This document shows, one piece after another, positions 48,001-61,100 of a DNA stretch of 64,000 nt; the first letter of the stretch is position 1, and every line of letters begins with the position of its first letter. This DNA is from Chrysomallon squamiferum. Taxonomy: Eukaryota; Animalia; Mollusca. Both the position numbers and the translations under genes were made by a program. The notes below the pieces were generated by a model. It made no database searches. It saw only the letters and a program-made list of their open reading frames with translations, and had not been told where the DNA came from. The DNA is taken from assembly GCA_012295275.1 (NCBI GenBank), contig CM022674.1, positions 9,238,001 through 9,302,000 on the forward strand, written 5' to 3'.

Positions 48001-51000
48001 AAACGTTTTGCATGTCTCATCCAAGAAATCTTTGTTTCTTTACATAAAAATCTATCATAGCTGAAGTAGAAAAGGAAACAAGGAAACATTTGTATATTTT
48101 ATTAATAAACTTTATAATTACTGTAAAACTGAATATTTATTATGTATTTGCTTGTGTATGTACAGGTGATCCATTGCGCGAGTTGGCCACTGAGTGTGGA
48201 GTTGAATTTGATGAAGAGAAAACAGCTGTGATTGATCATCTCAACTATGATAAAGCTGATACTGGACATGTAAGAGTTTTATATTGCCACTAGCAAAGTT
48301 CACCAATATTCATATTGATAAAGATATAAGCATACATGGAAGATTATGTAATTTGTTGTATTTTCAGTTATCATTATTTTCTTATGATGAAACTGAAAAG
48401 AAGTCTAAAATATAAATATGATTATTCAATAATGTTCTGATCTGTACATAAGAGGCTTTCCTTGCTTATTTTGTGTGGATTTTTTTGTGTCTGTTGCAAC
48501 CCATTTTATTTAGTTACTTACTAATGAATTGCTATTCAGATTGAAAAACCCTGCCCTAGATCATTCTAAGGATAGTCTTGACTGAATAAAGATTTACTTT
48601 CATCAAAATTTTCTAAATTGTTTATGATGTCATTTTTCCAAGATTAGAGTGTGCTAATTGTATGACACAAATCTACAGTTTTCACATAACAAAGTCTCCC
48701 TTTTTTATGGACATCCTGTTTACAATATTTGGAAGATAAATCCTGGCAAAAATACTATCCCCCAATAATGTCAGCTTGATCTTGACTTACAGAAAATTAT
48801 AATATAAAAAAACTATTTACCAGCTGTATAGGATCCAAGGACTAAATGGCAATGCTTTAAAGTTAAAATATTTTCACAACAGTTTTTAAATTTTTTAAAT
48901 TTTCTATTAATTTCAAAGGTTTATATATTTTCACTTTAAGATTACTCAAGTATTGTTAAAAAAAAAAATTATTAACAATTAATTAAACAATAAGTGATGC
49001 AGTTAATTATAATAGTAAATTTTGATTTACAGCATACCTTGATTGTGGCTGATAGTGCCAACTTGCTTGATGCCCCAATGATTGTAGGCAAAAAGAACAC
49101 CTCACCCTTACTTTACAGAGGAGTTGGGTAAGCTTTATATGTATCATGTATGCATGTATTTTTTGTCATCTGCAGGTTTTTATCAATAATTTACAACTGA
49201 AAATATTAATTTATCAATTTTATGTTAATCTGATGTAGAATTCATTTTGGGGTAAAATTTATAGTTTCCAAAATCCATTTGAATTAATTCTTTCGAAATC
49301 AAATAACTATAAAGTTCCAAGTCAGTGAACCATTTATTATTTTAAAAATATAGTACCTGCTCTTGGTTGTTGTATTTAAATATGAAATTGTTTGTTTCAG
49401 TATGGTTGCTGATAGTGAGAATCCTCTTGTTCTCAGCATTCTTCATGCTTCATCCACTGCATACTCACACAACCCAAATGAGAAAATTGAAGAGGTGAAA
49501 CTACTCTTTAACAACTAGTGCAGTATTATTTAGAATTTTAGGAAACTGGATAAGTGAAAGAAAGTACATAAGTGTATATTGAATTTACATAATTTTATTG
49601 AAAAAGCTACTTTTGTCTGTTTGTCCACAAATAAGCTATGTAAGAATATTATGGGCCACAAATCTTACACTGATGAATCAAAGGAATGTTGACTCTCAGT
49701 TCAGTCTGTTTCATTTATATTTTAAGGATTACAGAATAAAAATTGTTTTCATATTTTCAAGTCTCAGAGTCTCTGTGTTTCTTTGTTGCAGTTTCCACAT
49801 GCAGTTGGTAAGAACACACTCCTGATAGCAGCTCTTCAAGCAAGAAATAATGCAAGAGTTGTGTTTTCGGGATCTATAGATTTTTTCAGTGATGAGTTTT
49901 TCCATTCGTCTATACAAAACGCAATTGCAGGAAAACAGTATGTGCTCTTAAAACATTTCATTATGGATATTAAACATATAATTTGATACTAGATTACATT
50001 TTGTTTAGAAATGTTAACAAATTTTATTTGTTGTTTTTTCACATGATGCCATATCCAGTTCCAGTGACTAAAATGTGTTACTTTTTGTCATAGAATTGTT
50101 GCTATTAATTAAGGAAACGAATTGTAGAGGTATTTTGTTACATCCTAATACTGGTAATCTTGAAAGGATCTATCTATTTATAATTCATAGAAAAATCTTT
50201 TTCATTTTTTTCCTTCAGATTTGACAAGTCTGGCAACCAGGAACTTGCACTCAACCTGGCTCGTTGGGTATTTAAAGATAAAGGAGTTCTCAGAGTTGGT
50301 CCTATCAGTCACCATAAAGTGGGCGAAACGAAACCTCCAGCTGCATATACCATCATGGATAATGTAGTATGTTAACATTTTGAGTATGGTTAGGCTTTAA
50401 AATATAATTTCCATAATCCATTTGAATTAATTCTTTTGAAATCAGATAAAAGACTTGACTTTGACTAGCAAAGACTGTAAAGTTCCAAGACAATAAACCA
50501 TTTATTCTTTTAAAAATATAGTACATGGTCTTTGTTGTTGTATTTAAATATGAAATTTTTTGTTTCAGAATCTTTAGATTTATGTTATTCTTCAGGAAAA
50601 CTTCAAAATAAATTGTTAAATGATTTTGTTCTTTTTTCTCAGCATTTTGATATTGTGATTGAGGAGCTTGTTGAAGGAGAATGGAAACACTTTAATGCTA
50701 AAGATGTTCAGCTTGAGTTTGTTCGCATTGATCCATTCATCCGTACAACACTTGACTATCAAAGTTGGTGTATTTTGTATTTTATTAATTTGTAAAAGCT
50801 GGAATAATGCTAATATTTAATAATGTTTCTTTTTTAAACTGAATTTTTATTTTTTGAGGTATTATTACTAATACATTGCACAGTAATGTCACTGTTTAAA
50901 GTGTTCAATTAACTGTACCTTTGGAATCAAACTTTTGGTATTTCAGTTTAAAATTAATCGATTTTTGTTTTTGTCTCTCTTTATTATGTTGTTATGATAA

Positions 51001-51657
51001 TTGATAATGTTTTGAAGATGAAAAGTCAGTGATGTTTTTTGATAATGATGTAAATATTAACTGTTGTAGATGGAAAGTTTTACAAGTCATTTACATTACC
51101 TGATGTCTATGGTGTGTACCAGTTCAGAGTGGATTATAACAGAGTAGGATATACACATCTGTTTAGCACCACCCAGGTAATTTATTGGGGTGTTCATTAT
51201 TGTTAAACCTAATTTGTACTAACATAAAACACTATAAAGAAATGTTACCACTTATGTAGTAGACTTTGGAAATTGTTTCCTTTGATTGAATTTAAAATTG
51301 TAATTTTTTTGGTGATGATAAATATTAAATTAGTTTTTGAGATGAAAACTGCTTTAGATGTTTTGAGGTTGTTAATTAACTTCAGAGACTTTTATTCAGT
51401 ATCTTTTCAATTTTTAGTAGTTTCATTTCTTTATGTCAGCTTAGATAATCTATGATTTGTTTCAAGATAATTTTATTGAAAACCAATTTTATTTATTGTA
51501 CTTACCAACTGAAAATCTTTTATATGGTCTAAATTCTTACTGTTGTTTGGAATGTATTTTTATTTTACAACAAAAGCTGTATAAATTACAAACATGTTCA
51601 CACTGATTTACCTGAATAGTCAAGAACAAATATATATATATATATATATCCATATAT

Positions 51658-51692
<35 letters not shown>

Positions 51693-51961
51693 ACATATAA
51701 AACTAATTTAGTGTATGTGACACCTTAAAAACAATTTTACAAGATGTAGAAGATAAATCCTAAAACAAGATACCGATGTTTCCAGCTATATCTCTCTTAT
51801 TTCAGGTATCGGTAAGACCACTAGAACACACACAGTATGAGCGATATATTCCATCAGCCTACCCATACTATGTCAGTGCATTCTCAATGATGTTTGGTGT
51901 TGCCATGATCAGCCTTGTTTTCCTACATTACAAAGAAGACCCAAAAGAGAAGAAAGAATAG
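45100..51961 (+). CDS. DDOST: Oligosaccharyltransferase 48-kDa subunit (OST48/Wbp1), 11 exons, 435 aa
   Basis: Exons 45100-45238, 46725-46835, 47255-47341, 48166-48269, 49033-49127, 49401-49494, 49792-49937, 50219-50366, 50643-50763, 51070-51176, 51806-51961 total 1308 nt in frame; [47 protein letters not shown] helix, C-terminal KEKKE. Confidence 0.97.
45298..45305 (+). promoter_or_regulatory. Possible XBP1/CREB3-type element in DDOST intron 1
   Basis: TGCCACGT 60 bp into intron 1 of an ER-translocon gene; motif match only. Confidence 0.3.
45603..48954 (+). repeat. Segmental duplication block B' (within intact DDOST)
   Basis: Copy of 37317-40666. Confidence 0.97.
50404..50568 (+). repeat. 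Diverged copy of the 3' end of DDOST intron 5 (49262-49400) inside intron 8
   Basis: Shared AATCCATTTGAATTAATTCTT...TAAAGTTCCAAG...AACCATTTATT...AAAAATATAGTAC...GTTGTTGTATTTAAATATGAAATT.TTTGTTTCAG. Confidence 0.85.
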
Positions 51962-53306
51962 ATTTATAATATTAATGTTGGCATACAATAGCAAATGACT
52001 GAATATATATCATTATAATACTCAAAATTTTGAAATAAAATGTAATATTTAATTACAGTTTAAATACAGATTTGTATTTTTAATTCAATACTGACTATTT
52101 TTTGCTGTCACATTAAAGCAAATAGATCATACCATTTACATATCTTATTGTCTGTCTGTTCATAATAGAAAGTTTTTTTATGTTTCAATAAATGTTATTA
52201 AGTGTTTGGTTGGTTTATTTCTTTCACTTCTGAATGAAGATAAAATTAAATGTAAAGTCCATTAATATTAATATATTATAGAATTGTGTCAACATTTATT
52301 GTTTCACAACAAAATAAATTTTCTCTGCTGACAGTTACACTGACTTACAATTCACTTGCTGTAATGCATTCATTTTTAGAATAATGTACTGTAACAAGTA
52401 GTTAATGCTGTTTTAATTCTCAATCTCAACATGATGATTTGTCAGATACAGATTTTTATAAAGATTTGTAATCCACTATGTACAATTTAGAAGTTACTAT
52501 TTAACAGCCATGAATATTTTGATGCACATTTGAGTCTTGCTGATATAAACCAGATGATTATGTACAGTGCATTACCCAAATATTTTGTATTGTATCTGAA
52601 ATGATTTTATAAAGGGTGTTATAAGTAATATTCAAAGGCAAAATTTTAACAATGAATTTGTATTTTATTTTATGTTTAATTTCACTACCAAAAGAGTTTT
52701 TGGTGAAAGAAAGATATAGTAAGTTTTCCTTCTCTCAAACCTAAAATAATATATAGAGTATTATTTTAACTTGGCTTTCATCTGTCACTTTAACACTGAA
52801 TAATGGAAAAACTATTTTATATTCTGCTGACTGAATTGCTGTCATTGTCAGTTTTATCCTGAAGTTTCATTGTGCAACTGTCATATCTAGCCTGTCTCTA
52901 AAGAGGCAGTTAATAACAAATTCAGAATGCAATTCAACTGACTGTAGAATCAGTTGAGGGGAAAAAAAAAGGTATATATACACATCAGTTTAGTGGTTAG
53001 AGCTTATTTTTTTTTTAATAACACAAGCTAACAATTATTAAATGTATATATATATAACTGCACAAATCCAATATTGGAATGTTATGTTATTTAATTAGTA
53101 TAAAATCAGTTGCAGGAATTATCTTATTATTAAATTTTTTAAATCAATTTATAAGTTTTAACAATTTAAATATAATTTAAAAGTCCAATATTCAGTTTAG
53201 AAATGTTAGTATCAGTGCAGATAAATGCAAATTGGGTGCAGTCCACAAGCTGTGTGTTCACACACTTATCTAGAACACAAACATTCACTTGTCTTGCACA
53301 CTCAAG

Positions 53307-54986
53307 ATGGTGCTTTTCCTTCTCTTTCTTTTGTTTAACATCTCTTTAGTAAGTAAAATCTGACATTTATATGCATTTTATACTCATTTTGTTTTTGTCA
53401 AGTTATTCAATAGAGGAATCGTATGCAATCTAGCCATTATTTATTGCCTATTCTACTATTGATAGATCGATGGTAACATATTTTCAGAAATATGAGTAGA
53501 TTGTATCTGCAATCTGATGATTAATTGGTTACTGATGTAACTACGGTTGATTTGTCTGTTCCTGATCACTGAGATATATTTGTACAGATATGTTCTATTT
53601 CAGACTCAATTTCTGCCAACTCACAAAGGAGAATTTGTTACAAAAATTGGTGACTACACCTTTGAGTATCATGATGAATCTGTAAGTTCAGTATTGTAAA
53701 AGTAACATACCATTAAAAGCTGATTATTTTTAGTTTATGATACAGTATTTGGTAGTCAGTATCTATGAAAAATCTCCTAAGGAAAGAAGAGAATGTAATA
53801 AGAAAATCTTTCTTTTTATTTACTATTTTTTTCAGAAATATAAATATTTATTTATTCTAATCACAATAAAGTTAATAAAGTTATTAGAATCAGTGATGCT
53901 TTTTAAATTGTATATTACTATTATTTAAAATTCTGATGTTAATTTATTAGTATTCACTTTCTCAGATGACATCAACTTGAGCTTGGGTCATTTTTTTTTG
54001 TAAAATGACCTAGTAAATAGAATAACTGACAGAGAATAATAATAATAATTTCTAAAAATAATTAATTAACTGTTTGTTATTCTAAAAGGGTTTGCTGCTG
54101 ATCATAATACGCTTGGACTGTTACATAGTTGATGTACCTCAAGGTTCCCCTCTTGCCACCATACTTGATAATCCTGTGACAAGAACAGATTTTCTGGTAA
54201 GATATGTTTCTTTTCCATAAATAAAATGTCATACAGATATATATAAAAATAAATAAAACAAAAGTATGTAAGCTAATTTATAGCTGCTAATGATATAATG
54301 AAAGGACAAATTTAAATAGTGTAAATGTAAATATTCTCTATTATAGCAGAAATATTATTCACTAGTATTAGTATCATAACATTATTTAACATTGTGCAAA
54401 ACTGGTGAAACGAAAAACCAGTTTAAATTAGGAGCTGGCAAAGTGGTCAGTTGGAGCATGCAAGGGGTTAATAAATGAAAAGAGGCCAAAACATTTATCA
54501 CCTTTACAAACAACAAATTATTACTTATTTTTTATTTTATATGATTGCAGGTTCATCAGAAATCAAGGATTCACTGAAGAGGCTGATGAGCTAAATATGT
54601 TCTCCATACTTCCATGCTACAAATTATTTATTTATTTTGTTTTCCTGTCTTAATAATGAACAACAAAACAGTATAGATAAAAAATATCTGAGCACTGCTG
54701 TTTTTGTGTAGTTATGTCATCTCATACAATTACATTTAACAATAGTTTAAACAAAAATGATATCCATAAATCTATTTATATCTGAAATGAAGAGAAATAC
54801 TGCTTTTTTATTTTTACATAATCTAATTTTCAGCCAAAAATTAAAACTATGATTGAAAACGGAGGCAGTCAGACTCCAACGACTATCAGTGCTGTGAACA
54901 CTAGATATCATGACCCACTGGTGAGAGCAATGTGTTTCATCACAGAGATTTACAACCTTGACGTCAGCTCACTCCTTAACACATAA
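53307..54986 (+). CDS. Small secreted protein, 126 aa, BRICHOS-like
   Basis: Four phase-0 exons with GT-AG sites: 53307-53348 MVLFLLFLLFNISL; 53604-53681 TQFLPTHKGEFVTKIGDYTFEYHDES; 54089-54196 GLLLIIIRLDCYIVDVPQGSPLATILDNPVTRTDFL; 54834-54986 PKIKTMIENGG...HDPLVRAMCFITEIYNLDVSSLLNT*. Confidence 0.75.
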
Positions 54987-56111
54987 AAAAACATGTGAAT
55001 AAAACCATTGAAAATGTACCTAATTTTGTTTTTGTTTTGATATTTTAATCTTACATTATTTACAATGACTAAAGATGTTATTATCTTGGACTTGAAAAAG
55101 TTTATGATTGGAATAAACTTTAAAAAAAAAAAAAAAAAAGTACAACCATATTGATACAAGAATTCAGATTTCGAAGAAAAATATTTATTATATAGTTTTA
55201 TATTTTTTGTTTTCTGCCGTAAGTATAACATCAAAACATTTACAAAATCATGCTGTGATGTTAAACATTTGTTCATTTCTTTTGTTCAAAACAACGCTGT
55301 TGTTATTAATTTCAGACAAACTGAGAAATATGTCACGAATTCTATGGTCATGCTACAAAAGCAAATAGTTATTTGATATTAACTTAAAAACACTGCTGGT
55401 TGAACTATATTGTATTAATATATTATGTTAAATATTTTTAATAACATTTTTAGGATATGAAATGAAATTTATCTTTCATATTACAAACATAATAAACATA
55501 ATACACAAAGACATATATACTGCAGATTGTTGTTAACTTTCTTAACCCAAGGCTTGATGAACAGAATTGTAAATCTTTACATTGAAATACTTGGTATTTT
55601 CAGAATACAATAGGACAGTTCATGTTCAGACTGTTATCTATCCTGCAACATTTAAAACTGATTATCTTAACAGTGTCATTATCTATTTAGAAAACCACCA
55701 TAAATTGTGTGTAATTAAATATAACATTTTTGCTCTTTGGCTATAAATAATGTTTACAGTATAATTTGGATCATCTAGGTCTAGGATAAATACAGATTAT
55801 ATTCATGGTGTGAAAGGAAATATTATTATTTAATACAATATAAATTGCTGTAAGTAGTTGTTTAGGGAAAATAAACAACAAATAAATGAATAAATATAAA
55901 TTAAAAACACATAAAGACACAAACCAATACAAAATTACATATTTTTTTAAAGTTACTTATGAGTTTATTGATCTACAAAGACTTCTACAAAGCTGTTATG
56001 CAAAAAACCCACAAAAAAACCCCATCTTTGTTCAGACTTCAAAACCCAATTTTACAAACATCATTCTAATCATCTTGTGGTTTGTCACTAGAGAAATAAA
56101 CTCAACTCCAT

Positions 56112-58064
56112 TCAGATCAGAAAATAGCGCTGAGCAAGAGCCAGTCGTCTTGAGGGAGGACAGGTTAAATAATTCTCCTTTTCCTTTGTTTTCTTGTTCA
56201 GCACATGGACCTTGAAGGACTGAGGATTAACTGCAAATTATGACAATAGCACAAAAAAAAAAAAAAATTAAAACCAAATTGATATTGTTAATGACATCCA
56301 TCATTATATATTTCTCCCTTATTTTAAATATTATTTGTAGTGTTTTTAATGCATGTATAACAACAAAACAGTATAGAAGATGAATGAATACAAGTAAACA
56401 CACTCCTAATCAAGAAATATGCACACACACACACACAGACACACGCACACACACACACACACACTACACTTGCATTTACAAACTTCCTTTTTGTAGCAAA
56501 AGAAATGTCATAATTCATAATTTGCTTCATAAATGGTTCTTACACTATATTCTTTAAAAATTAACAACTTACCTGATAAAAGTGGACAACAATCATTTCT
56601 TATCATGTCTTTTTTCTTGATATTTCTACAGTTCTTAACAGCCTCAGGCTTTTTACTGAGTCCATAACTTTCTACAGTTCCATTGTCAACTGAAGCCTAT
56701 AGTTAAAAATATAAATGAAATGTAAGCAGATAGCTAGCTATTCTTGAAAAATTTGTTGTTCCAATAATATTAAAATAACAAAAGAATTAAAGAGTTTTCA
56801 GTTATTTCCAGTCCAGTCATAAAAGCAAATAATAACAATACATAAAATATATTAATTAAACATAAAAAATTTAAAACAGTATTTCAGAAGACAAAGGATG
56901 GTAACTCTATAATGTGTGGTTTATTCAAACCTGAGATACAAAAACGACACTTCGTGGACCAACTGCTTTGCCATAAGCTCCAAACATTTTGCGTTGTTTC
57001 ACTGGTTGAGGTGTGGGAATTGAAGCATTGGGCATCCCTGACAAAATACAAATGAATACAGATTAAAAATATTTACATATTTTGCTGTGTTGATATATTA
57101 CAAATGCTAATTAAATATTTGACCGTAAATTTATATTTACCCATCTGTGCCCAGGCAATCTGTCCTCCTTTGATAATTATTTCAGGTTTAGTGCCAAAGA
57201 ATGCAGGATCCCATAGTACCAAATCAGCCATTTTGTTAACCTTAAATGATGTGCACAAAATTTCTGTTACTGTTTTGATATAGCTATTTATTTACTGCAC
57301 AGTGTAATACAATGATTTAAAAAATAATTAATAAAATTATAACAAAAGAAAAAGAATAGAAAAAAGATAGAAACAGAAAGAGCAACAACCATTATACAAC
57401 AATAACAAAACACTTTACTGATACCTAATCCCATCACAGATATAAATTACTAAAGCTGACGTACAGTTGAATAAAATACCTCAACAGATCCAATGAGATG
57501 AGACATTCCATGTGCTACAGCTGAGTTGATAGTGTACTTAGCAATATACCTCAACACTCTCTCATTGTCATTGGCACCCTGTTGTATACAAAACAAATTA
57601 TTCAAATTTTGCAATTTTTAACAACATTACAGTAATCAACTATTATTCTCATTCTTCAAGAGTGAGATTAAAAAAGCAATTTTAACCTTAGGATATTCCA
57701 TAACAAAGATATTCTCTTCCCATTAACGTACTGTAATTTTTACAAACCTGACTTCTGATTTGTCAGTTATCATGTTAATAAATAACATCATAATCATTGT
57801 ATTTCTTTTTCTTGTGACTATTTTTTAAATTGTATTTCATTTCTTTCTTTCTTTTATATATATAAGAAAGAAAGAAAGAAACGAAATAGTTTGCATACAT
57901 ATAGCTGCCATAGTTCTTTAGTATAAAAAAGAATTAAATTTCCAAATACCTTTTCTTCAGGTAGTCTTCCTCTGAATCGTTTCATCTTATCTGCTGTTTG
58001 CCATGTTCGGGTGATCACCTCACCCACTCTACCCATAGCCTGAACAATAAGTTAAATATCAGTA

Positions 58065-58110
<46 letters not shown>

Positions 58111-61100
58111 AAAACCACACACACACACACTGAAGGAACAATATTCATTTATTTAAAGTTTATTATTTTTTCTTCATTTGTCACAATTTGTAGTTAATCA
58201 TCAGTTCTTCAAGGATTTGAGTTTAATCAAAGTAATTTACTGATGTCTGATTTGTCTTGAAATCATAAGAAAAACAATTTGTTAAATCAGAAAATTTATT
58301 CTGAGTGATTATAAGAATCATAATACCTGCGAGTCTGAAGCAATCATACTAATGGCTCCTAAGTCATGCAAAATGTCTTCAGCTGCTATTGTCTCTGCTC
58401 TGATACGTGACTCAGCAAAGGCAACATCTTCTTTCAGATTTCTGCAGTGAAAAGCAAACAATTATAAAGAAAGGAAAGTCAGAGAGACATGAATATAAAT
58501 ATAGATTTATACAGCGACAAAGAGTTTCTCTTTGGAGGTATAACAAAGTGAGGGATATAAATAAACCCAATTATATAAAAACAGACTGATAGAGATTTTT
58601 ATCAACTCACGGGTCGAGATGATGACAGAACATCAACATGTCCAGATGTTCATCAATTGTATTGAAAGTGTAAGGCCTGGTAGGGTTTGTTGATGATGGC
58701 AGCACATTTTCCTGTCCACAGACTTTAATAATATCAGGTGCATGACCTCCACCTGCACCCTCTGTATGATAGGTGTGGATTGTTCTCCCTTTAAATGCTT
58801 CTACTGTTTGCTCAACACAAGCTGACTCATTCAGAGTATCAGTGTGAATCATTACCTGTATTTTATAAACAGTGATAAGAAACTGGGTGAAATGAATGGA
58901 AATGAAAAAAAATATATATTTTTACTAGATTGCATGTTACCAAACATTGGATATCAGTCTGAATCATTTTAATAAAATTTGAAATACTAGTACATAACTT
59001 AAATTGTTTACCTGGACATCATACTTATCAGCTGCTCTTAGACAAGTATCTATAGCTGATGGAGTAGAACCCCAGTCCTCATGTAGTTTCAAACTGGAAA
59101 TTACAGATATTTCATATTATACATATATTAAAAACATTAGCAGTGGTAAATTGAAATCGATCATCAGGGAGAGTAAAGAAAACAAGCATATCTTGCACTA
59201 CTACAAACATATTCAAAAATTAATTAGGCTCACCCCATTGCTCCAGCACAAATTTGTTCTTCTAATTCTGTAGCTATTCCAGATGACAATGAAGTATTAC
59301 CTTTGCCAGTAAATCCAAAGTTTAAAGGAAAAGCATCAGTACTTTGCAGCATGTGTCTAAAATAAAGAATATGTTATGGTACACAGATATTCCTTTTTAT
59401 CAAAACAACCAACTCTGCTCAAAGATAAGAAATAAGTTTCATTTTAAGTTAAATGAAACAGCAGTAATACTTGAAATTCTTTATGAGTGATAACTGTACA
59501 TGTACCTGTATATTTCATTAATTATAAACATAAATACATTTTAAGTATAACCTTCTACTACATCTTTAGTTTATTTACTTAAGAATTTTACCTGACTGGA
59601 TCTGTAGACAATTGCAGTAGCTGAAACTGGAAATATTATTTACTATAGGCTGCATGAAAGAGATATTTTCTGAATTAGAATCAGGAAGTTAATGTATTAT
59701 TATTTGGTAAGGTTATGAAAAAGTGGGTCTTGAAAGCTGTGTGTATTTCTGTGGACTGTATAATTCCTGTACAATATGTGCAAATGTTCTCTGTCCATAG
59801 CCAACTAATACCACTGCTGGAATGGAGAAATTTGTGTGTGTGAGATAATGTTGTACATTTTTTTGAGATCTGATAGATAGGCTTGTGATAACCTTTGGAA
59901 GCTAAACTTTGCAGTTCTTGCTAATACATGTAGCCAATAAAGCATTATCAAGACTTGTCTTATATGATCCATCTTCTTTTTCTTGTGACTATTTGTACCA
60001 GCTGCAAATACTGCAATTGCCCTTGTTACAGATAGTCAGTTCTGGGAGGGTCACTAGAGATGTGACAAAATTGACTGCTACATCTTTGTTAAGATAGGTC
60101 ACATCTAGCCTATATTTCTGAGCAGAACAGACATGTGTCCCATATCAGTTTCACTCAACAAGTAAATGGTTATCTTCATAAATGCTGTTTCTGTGCTGTG
60201 GCCAGGTCACTAAGCAGGTTGATGTTTTTCTAGCAGGTTGTTAATTAACACTATTAGACAAGAGAGCACCTTTGAAAGGAACGTTAGGTTGGTTACTAAT
60301 TTTTATTACTTAGTATTTTCCCGCCCTTCCTGCTTTTTTAAGCAATGGTCTAACTGTAGCATGCTTTAGCGATTTGGAACATTTCCAGTCTTAGCAGACA
60401 TATTGATTATGTTGGTATCAGGTTCAACTAAATATTCTGGAAGCAGATTCAATGGAATAAAATATTTGCTCACTTGATGTTGTTAGGTCCTGGTGTGCAT
60501 GTTGTAGCATTTGTTCCTGTAGCAGGTCCCGTGCCACCTCCAAACATGGTGGTTAAACCAGAAGCAATTGCATCTCGAGCTAGCTGTGGGCAGATGAAGT
60601 GCACATGACCATCAAGACCTCCAGCAGTCAGAATTAAACCTTCTCCTGCTATGGCCTCAGTCCCACATCCAACTATCAGATTCTTACAAATGTTAATAAA
60701 TAAATATTATCTGCCAGTTGGATATTAATATTTTTCATTGTTAACTTATGTTTCATAAACCAACCATTATATACATAAACAAATTATTGTTACGTGAAAC
60801 ATTTTATTTATTTATCTATCAATCTACACACACAAATACATCCACACATACACACCCACACCCATACACAACACACACACACATATAAAATTAATAACAA
60901 TAACTGAATTGTCAAAATAAAATTAATCAATATAGTTTTGTACTTACAGGATCAACACCATCCATTATGTCAGGATTTCCAGCTTTTCCAATTCCAGCTA
61001 TCAGTCCATCCTGTTAATACATACATTTTAGAAATACAATTCTTGTAGAAATACTATGAAAAATTGTTCTGTCTAAACTTAATGGAAAAAATATTGTAAA

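Noticed and set aside
48384-48440. C/D-box snoRNA-like motifs (ATGATGA...CTGA) in DDOST intron 4, copied at ~40096
   Set aside because: Short (~57 nt), weak terminal stem, no identifiable guide; such motifs arise by chance in AT-rich DNA.
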